From assembly GCA_041492755.1 (NCBI GenBank), contig JBGPXN010000009.1, positions 1 to 53,462 on the forward strand: a stretch of DNA of 53,462 bases. Direction: 5' to 3'. The notes under the pieces were generated by a model, which searched no databases, was not told the origin of the DNA, and was given only the letters and a program-made list of their open reading frames with translations. The translations under genes and the position numbers were made by a program. This stretch comes from Candidatus Methylomirabilia bacterium. Its GTDB lineage: Bacteria; Methylomirabilota; Methylomirabilia; Rokubacteriales; CSP1-6. Of this stretch, positions 19,084-28,258 are shown one piece after another. How positions within the stretch are numbered: position 1 is the first letter of the stretch; the number at the start of each line of letters is the position of its first letter.

Positions 19084-20253
19084 ATGACGATCAAGGGCAA
19101 GGCGTACATCGCCGGGGTCTACGAACATCCCACCCGCAAGGCGGACGACAAGTCGCTGGCGCAGCTCCACGCGGAGGTCGCGCTGGGCGCGCTGCAGGAC
19201 GCCGGGCTCGCCTTCGCGGACGTGGACGGCTACTTCTGCGCCGGGGACGCGCCGGGTCTGGGCGGGCTGTCCATGGCCGACTACATGGGACTGAAGCTCC
19301 GGCACATGGACACGACGGAGACGGGCGGCTCGTCCTACGTCATCCACGTGGCGCACGCGGCGGAGGCGATCGCGCTCGGGAAGTGCGACGTCGCGCTCAT
19401 CACGCTCGCCGGCCGGCCCCGCGCCGAAGGCATGGCCACCGGAACGGCGCCGCGCAACTACGGGGGAAGCACGCCCGACGTGCCGTTCGAGTTCCCGTAT
19501 TCACCGACGGTCGTGAACCAGTACGCGATGGCCGCGATGCGCCACATGCACGAGTACGGAACCACCGGTGAGCAGCTCGCCTGGATCAAGGTGGCGGCGT
19601 CGCAGCACGCCCAGCACAACCCGCACGCCCTGCTCCGCGACGTGGTGACGGTGAAGGAGGTCGTGGAGTCGCCGATCATCGCCGACCCGCTCCACCGCCT
19701 GGACTGCTGCGTGATCACCGACGGCGGCGGCGCGGTGGTGGTGGTGAAGCCGGAGATCGCGCGGAGGCTCACGCGCCCGCGCGTGCGCATCCTCGGCGCC
19801 GGCGAATCGGCGAAGCACCAGATGGGCGGCGCCATCGACCTGACCTACACCGGCGCGGTGTGGTCGGGACCGACCGCGTTCGCGGAAGCCGGGGTCAAGC
19901 CGTCGGACGTCAAGTACGTGTCCATCTACGACTCGTTCACGATCACGGTGCTCATCACGCTCGAGGACCTCGGATTCGCCGCCAAGGGCCAGGGTGGCAA
20001 GCTCGTGTCCGACGGCAATCTCATCGCGGGCACCGGGAAGCTGCCGTTCAACACCGACGGTGGCGGTCTTTGCAACAACCATCCCGCCAACCGCGGCGGC
20101 ATGACGAAGGTCATCGAGGCCGTGCGCCAGTTGCGCGGGGAGGCGCACCCCAAGGTCCAGGTGAAGAACTGCGACGTCGCGCTCGCGCATGGCACCGGCG
20201 GCTCACTGGCGACCCGCCACGGCAGCGCCACCGTGATCCTGGAACGGGAGTGA
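19084..20253 (+). CDS. SCP2/LTP-type thiolase-domain protein
   Basis: TETGGSS, DCCVITDGGGA, YDSFT, NTDGGGL, HGTGG. Confidence 0.9.
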   Translation: MTIKGKAYIAGVYEHPTRKADDKSLAQLHAEVALGALQDAGLAFADVDGYFCAGDAPGLGGLSMADYMGLKLRHMDTTETGGSSYVIHVAHAAEAIALGKCDVALITLAGRPRAEGMATGTAPRNYGGSTPDVPFEFPYSPTVVNQYAMAAMRHMHEYGTTGEQLAWIKVAASQHAQHNPHALLRDVVTVKEVVESPIIADPLHRLDCCVITDGGGAVVVVKPEIARRLTRPRVRILGAGESAKHQMGGAIDLTYTGAVWSGPTAFAEAGVKPSDVKYVSIYDSFTITVLITLEDLGFAAKGQGGKLVSDGNLIAGTGKLPFNTDGGGLCNNHPANRGGMTKVIEAVRQLRGEAHPKVQVKNCDVALAHGTGGSLATRHGSATVILERE

Positions 20254-20257
20254 TCCG

Positions 20258-20647
20258 ATGAGCCAGACCCGCACGATTCCCGCGCCGCCCGTGAACCCCG
20301 AAGTGAAGCCGTTCTTCGACGCGGCGGCCGAGGGCCGGCTCCTCGTCAAGCACTGCACGGCGTGCCACCGGCCGCACCACTATCCGCGCTCGATGTGCCC
20401 GCACTGCGGCAGCCCGCAGACCGAGTGGCGGCCGGCGTCCGGTCGCGGGACGATCTACTCGTACAGCGTCATGCGCCGGGTGCCGGTCCCGTACACGATC
20501 GCGTACGTCACGCTCGAGGAAGGCGTCACCATGATGACCAACATCGTGGATTGCGACTTCGACGCGATCCGCATCGGCCAGGCGGTGCGCGTGGTCTTCA
20601 AGCCGACCGACGGCGGTCCGCCCGTCCCGATGTTCACGCCGGCCTGA
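20258..20647 (+). CDS. DUF35 Zn-ribbon/OB-fold protein (thiolase partner)
   Basis: CTAC...CPHC, SGRGTIYSYSV, MMTNIV. Confidence 0.9.
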   Translation: MSQTRTIPAPPVNPEVKPFFDAAAEGRLLVKHCTACHRPHHYPRSMCPHCGSPQTEWRPASGRGTIYSYSVMRRVPVPYTIAYVTLEEGVTMMTNIVDCDFDAIRIGQAVRVVFKPTDGGPPVPMFTPA

Positions 20648-20672
20648 TCGGCTCGGCCGCGCTCCCACGCTG

Positions 20673-22007
20673 ATGACCGACGCGGTCGAGGCGGCGCGCC
20701 TCGCGCGGACGCTGCGCGTCCGCTGGCTGATCTTGATCGTCCCGTCCGCGATGTACTTCTTCTCGTATTTCCATCGCGTCTCGACCACCGTGGTGGCCGC
20801 GGACCTGATGCGCGCATTCTCCATCACCGCCAGCTCGCTGGCCACGCTGTCCGCCGTGTATCCGTACGTCTTCGTCGTCATGGCGCTGGTGGCGGGCAGC
20901 CTGGTGGAGACGCTCGGCCCCCGGTGGACGCTCGCCGCGGGTGGCGCCGCGATGGGGCTCGGCGCGGTCATCTTCGGCCTCGCTCCGGGCTTCGGCGTCG
21001 CGGTCGCCGGCCGGCTCCTGGTTGGCCTCGGGGCCTCGGTCATTCTCATCTCGTTCCTCAGCCTGGCCGCCGCGTGGTTCCGTCCCAACGAGTTCGGGAT
21101 GATCGGCGGCCTCTCGCAGACGGTCGGGAACGTCGGTGGACTGGTGGCGTCGTCGCCGCTGGCGCTCATGGTCGAAGGAATCGGCTGGCGCTCGAGCTTC
21201 CTCGTGATCGGCGCCGTCACGCTGCTCGTGGGCGCCGCCGCCGCGCTGTTCGTGAAGGACCGGCCGGAGGCGGCCGGCCTGGCGCCCGTGAACCGCGCGG
21301 AGCCCGGGTCGGCGAAGATCGCGGACGTGCTGCGCGGCATCCCCGACATCGCGCGCAACCGACGCACGTGGCCGCCGATCCTCGCCGCCGGCGGCATCTT
21401 CGCGAGCCTGATCGCCTTCCAGGGACTCTGGGGCGTGCCGTACTTGACGCAGGTCTACGGCTTGAGCCGCGTCGAGGCCGCCGCGGTGATGTCGTGGCTG
21501 GCCATCGGGATCGTCATCGGCGCGCCCCTGGTCGGCCGCATCTCCGACCGCTGGCTCGTGGCCCGGCGTCTGCCGATGCTGGCGTTCACCGGCGTCTACG
21601 CGCTGTGCTGGTTGCCGTTCGTCGTGGCCGACCTCCGAGTGCCGGCCACGCTGCTCGCGCCCTTCTGCCTGTTCATGGGCTTCATGTCGTGCGGGCTCGT
21701 GCTCGTCTGGTCCTGCGTGCGTGAGGTCAACAACCCGGCGCGCGTCGGCATCGCGGTCGCCTTCTGCAACCTCCCGATCTTCGCCGGCTTCGCCCTGCTG
21801 CAGTGGCTCACCGGGCTCGTGCTGGACGCCAACTGGACCGGGCTCGCGAGCGGGGGTGTGCGCATCTATCCGCCGGCGGCGTATCGGAGCGCGTTCGCGA
21901 TGTGCTTCGTGGTGGCGGCCGCGGCGGCCGTGGCGGCGGCGTTCATCACCGAGACCCGCTGCCGCAACGTCTGGACCGCACGCGAGGTCCGGCGAGCCGC
22001 CGTCTGA
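20673..22007 (+). CDS. MFS transporter
   Basis: About 12 hydrophobic helices; GSLVETLGPR and GRISDR motifs. Confidence 0.88.
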   Translation: MTDAVEAARLARTLRVRWLILIVPSAMYFFSYFHRVSTTVVAADLMRAFSITASSLATLSAVYPYVFVVMALVAGSLVETLGPRWTLAAGGAAMGLGAVIFGLAPGFGVAVAGRLLVGLGASVILISFLSLAAAWFRPNEFGMIGGLSQTVGNVGGLVASSPLALMVEGIGWRSSFLVIGAVTLLVGAAAALFVKDRPEAAGLAPVNRAEPGSAKIADVLRGIPDIARNRRTWPPILAAGGIFASLIAFQGLWGVPYLTQVYGLSRVEAAAVMSWLAIGIVIGAPLVGRISDRWLVARRLPMLAFTGVYALCWLPFVVADLRVPATLLAPFCLFMGFMSCGLVLVWSCVREVNNPARVGIAVAFCNLPIFAGFALLQWLTGLVLDANWTGLASGGVRIYPPAAYRSAFAMCFVVAAAAAVAAAFITETRCRNVWTAREVRRAAV

Positions 22008-22042
22008 GAAGGGCCGTGGTGCGGGACCGGAAGTCGTCTCGC

Positions 22043-22564
22043 TCAGCCGTTTCGCAGCAGGGCAGCCACCGTCGCCAGCAGGACGGTGGCCCGATCGTCC
22101 AGCTCCTTCGCGGTGAGGTTGGCGATGGGATGGGGCGTGAGGGCGAAGCGGTATCCGGGCAAGCCCCAGCTCGTGGCCATGGCCTCGCCGGTCGCGCGGA
22201 ACGGCTCGGTCACGACCGCGACGGCCGGTACGCCGGCCCGTTCGAACAGGATGGCGTCGAGCACACTGCTCGACGAGCAGGAGCCTCAGTCGCCGATCCC
22301 TGAGACGACGAGATCCGCCTTGGCGCGTAGCTCGGCGACGGCGGCCTCTTCGACCTCGTGGCTCGGCGAGCGCTTGCGGTGCATGAGGACGGGCGTGAGC
22401 CCGTATTCGCGGGCCAGCAGCGCACCGAGCTTCGTCAGCAGCGTATCGGAGTTGAACTTGGTGTTCTCGACGAGCGCGAGCCGGAGCCCGCGCAGCCCGG
22501 CCGGGCGCGGCGCGACCGCGATGTTGCGCGCCACCGGGGCGGACGTGGGATCGAACAGCGTCAT
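22043..22564 (-). CDS. UGSC-family selenoprotein; Sec codon at 22286-22288
   Basis: Two same-frame track ORFs join across TGA as ...VSGIGD-U-GSCSSSSVLDAILFERAGVPAV...PHPIA (173 aa). SECIS-like hairpin follows. Confidence 0.88.
22256..22274 (-). promoter_or_regulatory. bacterial SECIS-like hairpin
   Basis: GUCGAGCA-GUG-UGCUCGAC begins 11 nt after the UGA. Confidence 0.75.
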
Positions 22565-22630
22565 GGCATCTCTCCGATCTGCGTCATGTCGCGTCGCTCG
22601 GCTTCTGCCGTTTCTGTTTCTGGCTCAGCT

Positions 22631-23662
22631 TCAGGGCGTGTCGCCGATCACCCGGATCGGTGTGGTCACGCTGCGCGTCCACTTGTTGCCCCAGCCCGGC
22701 AGGCACGCGGACCAGCTTCCGGCCCGGCCCCCGGCGCAGACGAGGAGCAGGTCGTCGGGGTTCTCGAACATGCGGCGCAGCGTCGTCGCGTCGCCCGGCG
22801 TCGCGTCGCCCGGAAGGCGCCCGGCGCGCTTCCAGTCGGCCACCGGTCGCCGCGTGTGCTCGATGAGGAAGTCCCGCACCCGGCGCTTGGTCCATCCGCT
22901 CTGCCGGAAGAGCTCGCTGTGCTCACCGGCGAACACCAGCAGCGACTGGCTGAAGCCCTTCATGTTGGGGACGCCGAGGTTGCCGAGCGCGTCGGCGACG
23001 CACCGCAGCAGCGGCTCCGGCTCGGCGGCGAGCTGGTTGTACACCTGGTAGAGGCTGTTGGAGGCGTAGACGGTCACCGTGCTCTGCTCGGGACGGAAGC
23101 CGCGCTCCACGTGGAGCGGCTCCCACGGATGGTCCTCTTCGTTCTCGGCGAAGCAGAACGCGTACTTTCCCGGATTGCCGAGGGTGGCCCGATCGAACAG
23201 GCCGGGCTGCGTCTGCATCACGTTCATCATCACGAGGCGCACCGCGCGGCCGATCGTCGCGTTGGCGCGCACGCCCTGGCCGAAGGCATTGTTGCCGGCG
23301 TTGATGCCGAGGCGGGGCGCCACCGGGCCGTTGACGATCAGCACCATCGCCGAGCCACCCGTCGAGCTGGCCGGGCCGTGGTAGGCGAAATCCGGATGAC
23401 AGAGTCCCTCGAGGGCGGCGACGACGACGGGCAGGTACGCCGGCCGGCAGCCTGCGAGTACCGCGTTGATCGCGACCTTGTCGGCGGTGACGACCGTGTT
23501 GCGGCCCGGGATTTCACCGATCACCTCGGCGCCGGTGAGCCCGGCGCCGGCGAGCATCGCGGCCACCGACTTCTCCGTCGGCGGGACCACGGGCAGGCCG
23601 TCCGTCCAGCCGCGCTCGTAGTAGGCCTCGATCAGCTCGGCCGGGTCGTCACTCCCGACCAT
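22631..23662 (-). CDS. conserved hypothetical protein, usual partner of UGSC proteins
   Basis: GWTDGLPVVPPT, AINAVLAGC, RANATIGRA, TLGNPGKY, FAENEE. ATG overlaps the MaoC stop. Confidence 0.8.
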   Translation of the reverse strand: MVGSDDPAELIEAYYERGWTDGLPVVPPTEKSVAAMLAGAGLTGAEVIGEIPGRNTVVTADKVAINAVLAGCRPAYLPVVVAALEGLCHPDFAYHGPASSTGGSAMVLIVNGPVAPRLGINAGNNAFGQGVRANATIGRAVRLVMMNVMQTQPGLFDRATLGNPGKYAFCFAENEEDHPWEPLHVERGFRPEQSTVTVYASNSLYQVYNQLAAEPEPLLRCVADALGNLGVPNMKGFSQSLLVFAGEHSELFRQSGWTKRRVRDFLIEHTRRPVADWKRAGRLPGDATPGDATTLRRMFENPDDLLLVCAGGRAGSWSACLPGWGNKWTRSVTTPIRVIGDTP

Positions 23663-24129
23663 CACGCGTAGCGGATGCCCATGATCTCGGCCACCAGCGC
23701 CGGGCGCTGTTGCCCCTCGACTTCCATCGTCACCTCGGACGTCACGCGCACGCCGTTGCCCTCGACCGGCTCGACCTTGACCAGCTTCTGGCGCAGCCGT
23801 ACCCGCGCGCCGGCGGGCACCGTGCCGGTGAAGCGTACGCGGTTGGAGCCGTAGTTCAGCCCGCGCTTCACCTTGTTGATCTTCACCAGCGTGGCGGCCA
23901 GCCGCGGGACGAGCGACAGCGTGAGATAGCCGTGGGCGATGGTCTTGCCGCCCGGCATCTCCTTCTTCGCGCGCTCGACGTCGACGTGGATCCACTGGTG
24001 ATCACCGGTCGCCTCGGCGAACTTGTCGATCATCGCCTGGTCCACGATCATCCAGTCCGACGGTCCGAGCTCGGTTCCCACGTGCGAGGTCAGATCTTGC
24101 GGTGTCTCCACGATCAACGGTGTAGCCAT
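23662..24129 (-). CDS. MaoC family dehydratase
   Basis: FAEATGDHQWIHVD, TIAHGYLTLSL, NYGSNRVRF. Confidence 0.92.
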   Translation of the reverse strand: MATPLIVETPQDLTSHVGTELGPSDWMIVDQAMIDKFAEATGDHQWIHVDVERAKKEMPGGKTIAHGYLTLSLVPRLAATLVKINKVKRGLNYGSNRVRFTGTVPAGARVRLRQKLVKVEPVEGNGVRVTSEVTMEVEGQQRPALVAEIMGIRYA

Positions 24130-24149
24130 GACGAATGCGTTCCTCCCTG

Positions 24150-24415
24150 GTAACCGGTGGGGCCGCCATCGTGCGCTTCGAAAGCTGCACGGTGTTCAGA
24201 TCGTCGTGCAGGTGCGGCCGTTGGCCGCAGTGTAGCGCATCGCAGGACGCCCGGATCCCCGGGCGACAGTCCCTCCAGTGACAGGTGCGCCCGTCCCCGG
24301 TGATCGAGCCCAAGAGGCTGATACTCCGGACACCGGCAACACGCGCTGCTTCGCCGACGAAGCGCATGGCCGCTTCCAGAAGCTCCCCTCGGTGACCAGC
24401 GTGTGTTCTTGCCAT
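24150..24415 (-). pseudogene. decayed cassette gene: nucleotidyltransferase-like N-terminus joined to a Cys/His-rich segment
   Basis: RVAGVRSISLLGSIT lacks the expected DxD and jumps to GRTCHWRDCRPGIRASCDALHCG. Lies directly after the attC. Confidence 0.5.
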
Positions 24416-24456
24416 GCATGGCATCGCGGCTGACGGTTGCGTGCGTTGAGGTGGTT

Positions 24457-24516
24457 GACTAACGCCAGGGCTGAGGTGCGGCGCGAAGCGCCGTCACCTC
24501 CAGCCCTTTGTTCGCC
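24457..24516 (-). mobile_element. attC: integron attC recombination site (60 bp)
   Basis: GGCGAAC-N5-GCTGGAGG-TGACGGCGCTTCGCGCCGCA-CCTCAGC-N6-GTTAGTC: R''/L''/L'/R' boxes, imperfect palindrome with two extrahelical bases, 11 nt after a stop codon. Confidence 0.85.
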
Positions 24517-24527
24517 GGGCGATGGAG

Positions 24528-25181
24528 CTACGGGCTTGCCGCTTCCGCAAGCAATGCCCTTCCGAGGCCTTGCAGTAGCTTGACGTCGGTCTCGTCGATC
24601 CGTCCGTGCAGCCCGTGGACCAGCCGGTTCCGGACCGGTAAAAGGCGCATGAGAGTGTCGAAGTGGTCTCGGCCAATCTCGCCGGCCGAGTAGAGTTCCC
24701 GAATGAGAGCGGATGGCGGGAGGTTCTCAAGGGGAAGCTGAGCACGACGTCCCAGAAGTCGAAGACTGCCTTCGAGTGCGCTCCAAAACAGCAGGAAGGC
24801 CGCCCTAGGCTGACCTGCGCCGAGGAGAGTGTCTGCCTCTCGCGCCAGTTCTTGTAGCTCAGCCAAAGGCGCCGGCTCGGCCTCGGTAACCTGATCGGGC
24901 TCGAACGGATTTATGTAGACGACAGAAAAGCGCCACCCGGGCTGGCGGTTTACCCGCTCCGCGATCTCGCGGAAACGCTCGGCGACAGAGGTCTGTGTGC
25001 CCACCTTTACTTCGACGACGACCGACTCGTCCGCGCCCCTTGCGATGATGTCTGGTTGATAGCCACCGAGGAACTCGGGAAGGCCGGGTCCGCTGGGTAT
25101 CACGTCAACGTCATAGCCTCGTCGGCGGTAGTCGTCAGCTACCTTTTGGATTGCCTGCGATTCGATCGGCGGTGGCGTCAC
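24528..25181 (-). CDS. PD-(D/E)xK (AHJR-like REase) domain fused to a HEPN-like domain
   Basis: YRRRGYDV...QPDIIAR...VVVEVK; C-term WSALEGSLR and RNRLVHG (RxxxxH). GTG start overlaps the upstream TGA. Confidence 0.75.
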   Translation of the reverse strand: MTPPPIESQAIQKVADDYRRRGYDVDVIPSGPGLPEFLGGYQPDIIARGADESVVVEVKVGTQTSVAERFREIAERVNRQPGWRFSVVYINPFEPDQVTEAEPAPLAELQELAREADTLLGAGQPRAAFLLFWSALEGSLRLLGRRAQLPLENLPPSALIRELYSAGEIGRDHFDTLMRLLPVRNRLVHGLHGRIDETDVKLLQGLGRALLAEAASP

Positions 25182-25582
25182 GGAAGCACGTCCTGAGCCG
25201 GCGCGTCAGTCAGCGCGACGTACACGAACTCCCTCCCAAGCTCAAGCCCTGCGGCGAGCACAGGAGATACGGCATTCAGAGTGAAGGTCGTCCTGCGCCA
25301 GCGACGGCGAAGCTCCACATCGGTAACAACAGCATCATCCTCCAGGATGATCCCGATGAGCGCATCTTGAATCGGTTTGAGGATGTTGTCGACATCAAGC
25401 CCAACCTCATCATAAAAGTACAACAAGCTTATGGCGACCGGCGCCGTCGCCAGTTCCCGCGGGGCGGTAAGGGTGGCGCGAGCCTGCCCTGCGACAAAGT
25501 CCTTCCACTCACGTAGCCGCTCTCGCCGACGCGCCTGCTGTGAGACCGGACGTTGCGGGATCACAAACTCAAACGGAGTCAT
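25178..25582 (-). CDS. RusA-family endonuclease-like protein
   Basis: FEFVIPQRPVS; DVDNILKPIQDAL...EDD matches the RusA DxDNxxKxxxDAL motif. Confidence 0.8.
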   Translation of the reverse strand: MTPFEFVIPQRPVSQQARRRERLREWKDFVAGQARATLTAPRELATAPVAISLLYFYDEVGLDVDNILKPIQDALIGIILEDDAVVTDVELRRRWRRTTFTLNAVSPVLAAGLELGREFVYVALTDAPAQDVLP

Positions 25583-25615
25583 CCGCCCCTTTCGGTTGTT
25601 GCCAGTCTCTCTGCC

Positions 25616-25642
25616 GCCGAACGAACGCTGCGGCTCAGCGGC
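25616..25642 (-). mobile_element. 3' half of a second attC site
   Basis: GCCGCTGAGC-CGCAGC-GTTCGTTCGGC (L' and R' boxes). GTTCGGC is 6/7 complementary to the downstream R'' GGCGAAC. Confidence 0.55.
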
Positions 25643-25645
25643 TCT

Positions 25646-25951
25646 TTACCGATCCCAGATCGTTTCGACCAGGGCGGCATCGCGCTCGGTGAGTTCACGC
25701 ACGCTGTGTGTCGTTATGGACTTAACGCCGAGCCGCTGGAGGTGCCTTTCGAACTGCCTTCACGGCATCTCCTGAAGATTTTCGTTCGGATCGTAGTAGA
25801 ACCGCGTCCAGTGTCGCCGATCTTGGCGCAGAAGAATTGCCGCCGGGGGCCAGACGATGATCCGTCTCCCGTCTCTCCCGGCCCAGAGCTGCAGCCGATT
25901 TCGTGACGACTCCACTTCGTGTCTGTCGGTATCTCCTCGTCCTTTCCGCAA
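25646..25951 (-). pseudogene. decayed cassette ORF with an internal TGA at 25760-25762
   Basis: ...RFYYDPNENLQEMP*RQFERHLQRLGVKSITTHSVRELTERDAALVETIWDR* ends right before the half attC; lower GC than the flanks. Confidence 0.4.
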
Positions 25952-26263
25952 CTTGGCGCCCGAATCTGAACCACGAACCTACGGTGTTCGGCAACCGAAG
26001 GTCGCGGCCTATCCCGTCGGCCTATCGCGCAAGGTGTGGGGAGTCGCCCGTTTCGGGATACCAGCGCGGCGGACCGCGGCCTTGACCACACCCTGAAGAA
26101 CGCGCTCAGAGGACGGCGTACAACGTCAGGGCATTCCCTGGAGTGCTGGTCATGCCGACACCGCCTGCGCCGGCCGGCAGTCCAAGCGACGGCTACTAGT
26201 GGCACAAGGTCGCAATTCAGATACAGGAGGCGGCCCACGGCCGCCGCCTGACCGAATCGGGCC

Positions 26264-27238
26264 TCAGCGCGCCGGCGCGGTGTACAGGTGGCAGGCCACC
26301 GCGCGGCCCTCGTGGGGCGCGAGCAGTGGCTCGGTCCGCGAGCACGCATCCATCGCGTGCGGGCAGCGCGGGTGGAAACGGCAGCCGGCCGGCGGATTGA
26401 GCGGGCTCGGCACCTCGCCCTCCAGCACGATGTCCTCGCGCGACTCGTCGGGGTGCGACGGCAGGGACGCGGCGAAGAGGGCCTGGGTGTACGGATGCTG
26501 CGGGCTCTTCGCGATCGAGGCGCCGTCGCCGATCTCCACGATCTTGCCCAGGTACATCACGGCGACGGTGTGGCTCATGTGGGCGACGGCGGCGAGGTCG
26601 TGCGCGATGAGCAGGTAGGACAGGCCGAGCTCGGTCTGCAGATCGCTCAGCAAGTTGAGGATCTGGGCGCGGATGGAGACGTCGAGCGCGGAGACGGGCT
26701 CGTCGAGCACGATGAGGGCGGGGGAGAGCGCGAGCGCACGGGCGATGGCGATGCGCTGGCGCTGACCACCGGAGAACTCGTGGGGGAACTGACCGAGCGC
26801 GCGCTCGGGCAGGCCGACCACGTCCATGAGCTTGCGGACGCGGCCGGCCACCTCGGCCGAGCTGATCTTCTCGTTGGTGACGATCGGCTCGCCGACGATC
26901 GCGCTGATGCGCATGCGCGGACTGAGCGATGCGTACGGATCCTGGAAGACGGCCTGCACCGAGCGCCGGTAGAGCCGCAGGCCCTCGGCGCCGAGCGCCT
27001 GAATGTCCTCGCCGCGGAAGAGCAGCTTGCCGCCGGTCGGCTGCTCGAGCTTCAGCACGAGCTTCGCGGTCGTCGTCTTCCCACAGCCGGACTCGCCGAC
27101 GACGCCGAAGGTCGTGCCCTCCTCGATCGCGAACGAGATGCCGTCGACGGCACGGACCACTCCCACGGTTCCGCCGAACACTCCTTTTTTGACCGGGAAG
27201 TGCTTGGTGAGGTTCGCCACCTCGAGCAGGGTCGCCAT
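26264..27238 (-). CDS. oligopeptide/dipeptide ABC transporter ATPase (OppF/DppF-like)
   Basis: [33 protein letters not shown]. Confidence 0.93.
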   Translation of the reverse strand: MATLLEVANLTKHFPVKKGVFGGTVGVVRAVDGISFAIEEGTTFGVVGESGCGKTTTAKLVLKLEQPTGGKLLFRGEDIQALGAEGLRLYRRSVQAVFQDPYASLSPRMRISAIVGEPIVTNEKISSAEVAGRVRKLMDVVGLPERALGQFPHEFSGGQRQRIAIARALALSPALIVLDEPVSALDVSIRAQILNLLSDLQTELGLSYLLIAHDLAAVAHMSHTVAVMYLGKIVEIGDGASIAKSPQHPYTQALFAASLPSHPDESREDIVLEGEVPSPLNPPAGCRFHPRCPHAMDACSRTEPLLAPHEGRAVACHLYTAPAR

Positions 27239-28245
27239 TACGACTTCACCGTGGCGGCTTCGGGAACGCGGCCGGGTTGGGCGAGCCAGCAGCGCGCGAT
27301 GCCGCCTTCGGCGACGGCGAGCGCGGGCGGCGCCTCCGCGCGGCAGATGTCCATGGCGTCCGGGCAGCGCGGCTCGAAGGAGCAGCCCGGCGGCAGCGTG
27401 GCGAGGTCGGGGGGCTGACCATCGATCGCGGTGAGACGCCGGCCCCTCTCGTGCATGCGGGGAATAGAGCCGAGGAGCGCGCGGGTGTAGGGATGCGCGG
27501 GGGCGTTGAAGATGCGGCGCACCGGTCCCAACTCCACGATGCGGCCCGCGTACATCACCGCCACCTGGTCGCACATCTTGGCCACGATACCGAGGTTGTG
27601 GGTGATGAAGATGAGCGCGAGGTTGTGCTCGCGCTGGAGGTCGCGGAGCAGACGCAGGTACTGCGCCTGGATGGTGACGTCGAGGCTCGTGGTCGGCTCG
27701 TCCGCGATGAGCACGCGCGGGCCGCACGAGATCGCGATGGCGCCGACGATGCGTTGGCGCATGCCGCCGGACATCTGGTGCGGGTACTCGCGCACGCGTG
27801 TCTCCGGCGCCGCGATCCGCACTGACTTGAGCAGGTCGCGCGCCCGGATCCACGCGGGGCCCTTTCGGACGCCCTCGTGCACGCGGAGCGGCTCCGAGAC
27901 CTGGTCGCCCACCGTGAAGAGCGGATTGAGCGAGGCCATGGGGTCCTGCAGGATCATCGCGATCCGCTTCCCCCGCAGCTTGCGCATCTCGGATTCCGGC
28001 TTGGGAATGAGGTCTTCACCGTCGAACAGGATCTGACCACCCGCGATGCGGGCGGCCTTGGGCAGCAGCCGGAGAATGGACAGCGCGAGCGTGGTCTTAC
28101 CCGAGCCCGACTCTCCCACGATGCCGAGCGTCCCGCCGGCGTCGAGGCTGAGCGAGACTTCGTCCACGGCCTTGACCACGCGCGTGCCGCGCGCGGTGAC
28201 GAAGTGGGTCGAGAAGTTGCGGAGCTCGAGCAGGGGGCCAGCCAC
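27238..28245 (-). CDS. oligopeptide/dipeptide ABC transporter ATPase (OppD/DppD-like)
   Basis: GESGSGKTT, MSGGMRQR, DEPTTSLD, GCSFEPRC. Confidence 0.93.
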   Translation of the reverse strand: MAGPLLELRNFSTHFVTARGTRVVKAVDEVSLSLDAGGTLGIVGESGSGKTTLALSILRLLPKAARIAGGQILFDGEDLIPKPESEMRKLRGKRIAMILQDPMASLNPLFTVGDQVSEPLRVHEGVRKGPAWIRARDLLKSVRIAAPETRVREYPHQMSGGMRQRIVGAIAISCGPRVLIADEPTTSLDVTIQAQYLRLLRDLQREHNLALIFITHNLGIVAKMCDQVAVMYAGRIVELGPVRRIFNAPAHPYTRALLGSIPRMHERGRRLTAIDGQPPDLATLPPGCSFEPRCPDAMDICRAEAPPALAVAEGGIARCWLAQPGRVPEAATVKS

Positions 28246-28258
28246 GCTCGGCGCCCTC

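Noticed and set aside
25760..25762. Third selenocysteine codon
   Set aside because: No Cys-type motif context and no convincing hairpin at SECIS distance; it sits in a decayed cassette and is likely a TGG>TGA nonsense mutation.
26199..26215. sigma54 promoter TGGCACAAGGTCGC
   Set aside because: GG-to-GC spacing is 9, not 10.
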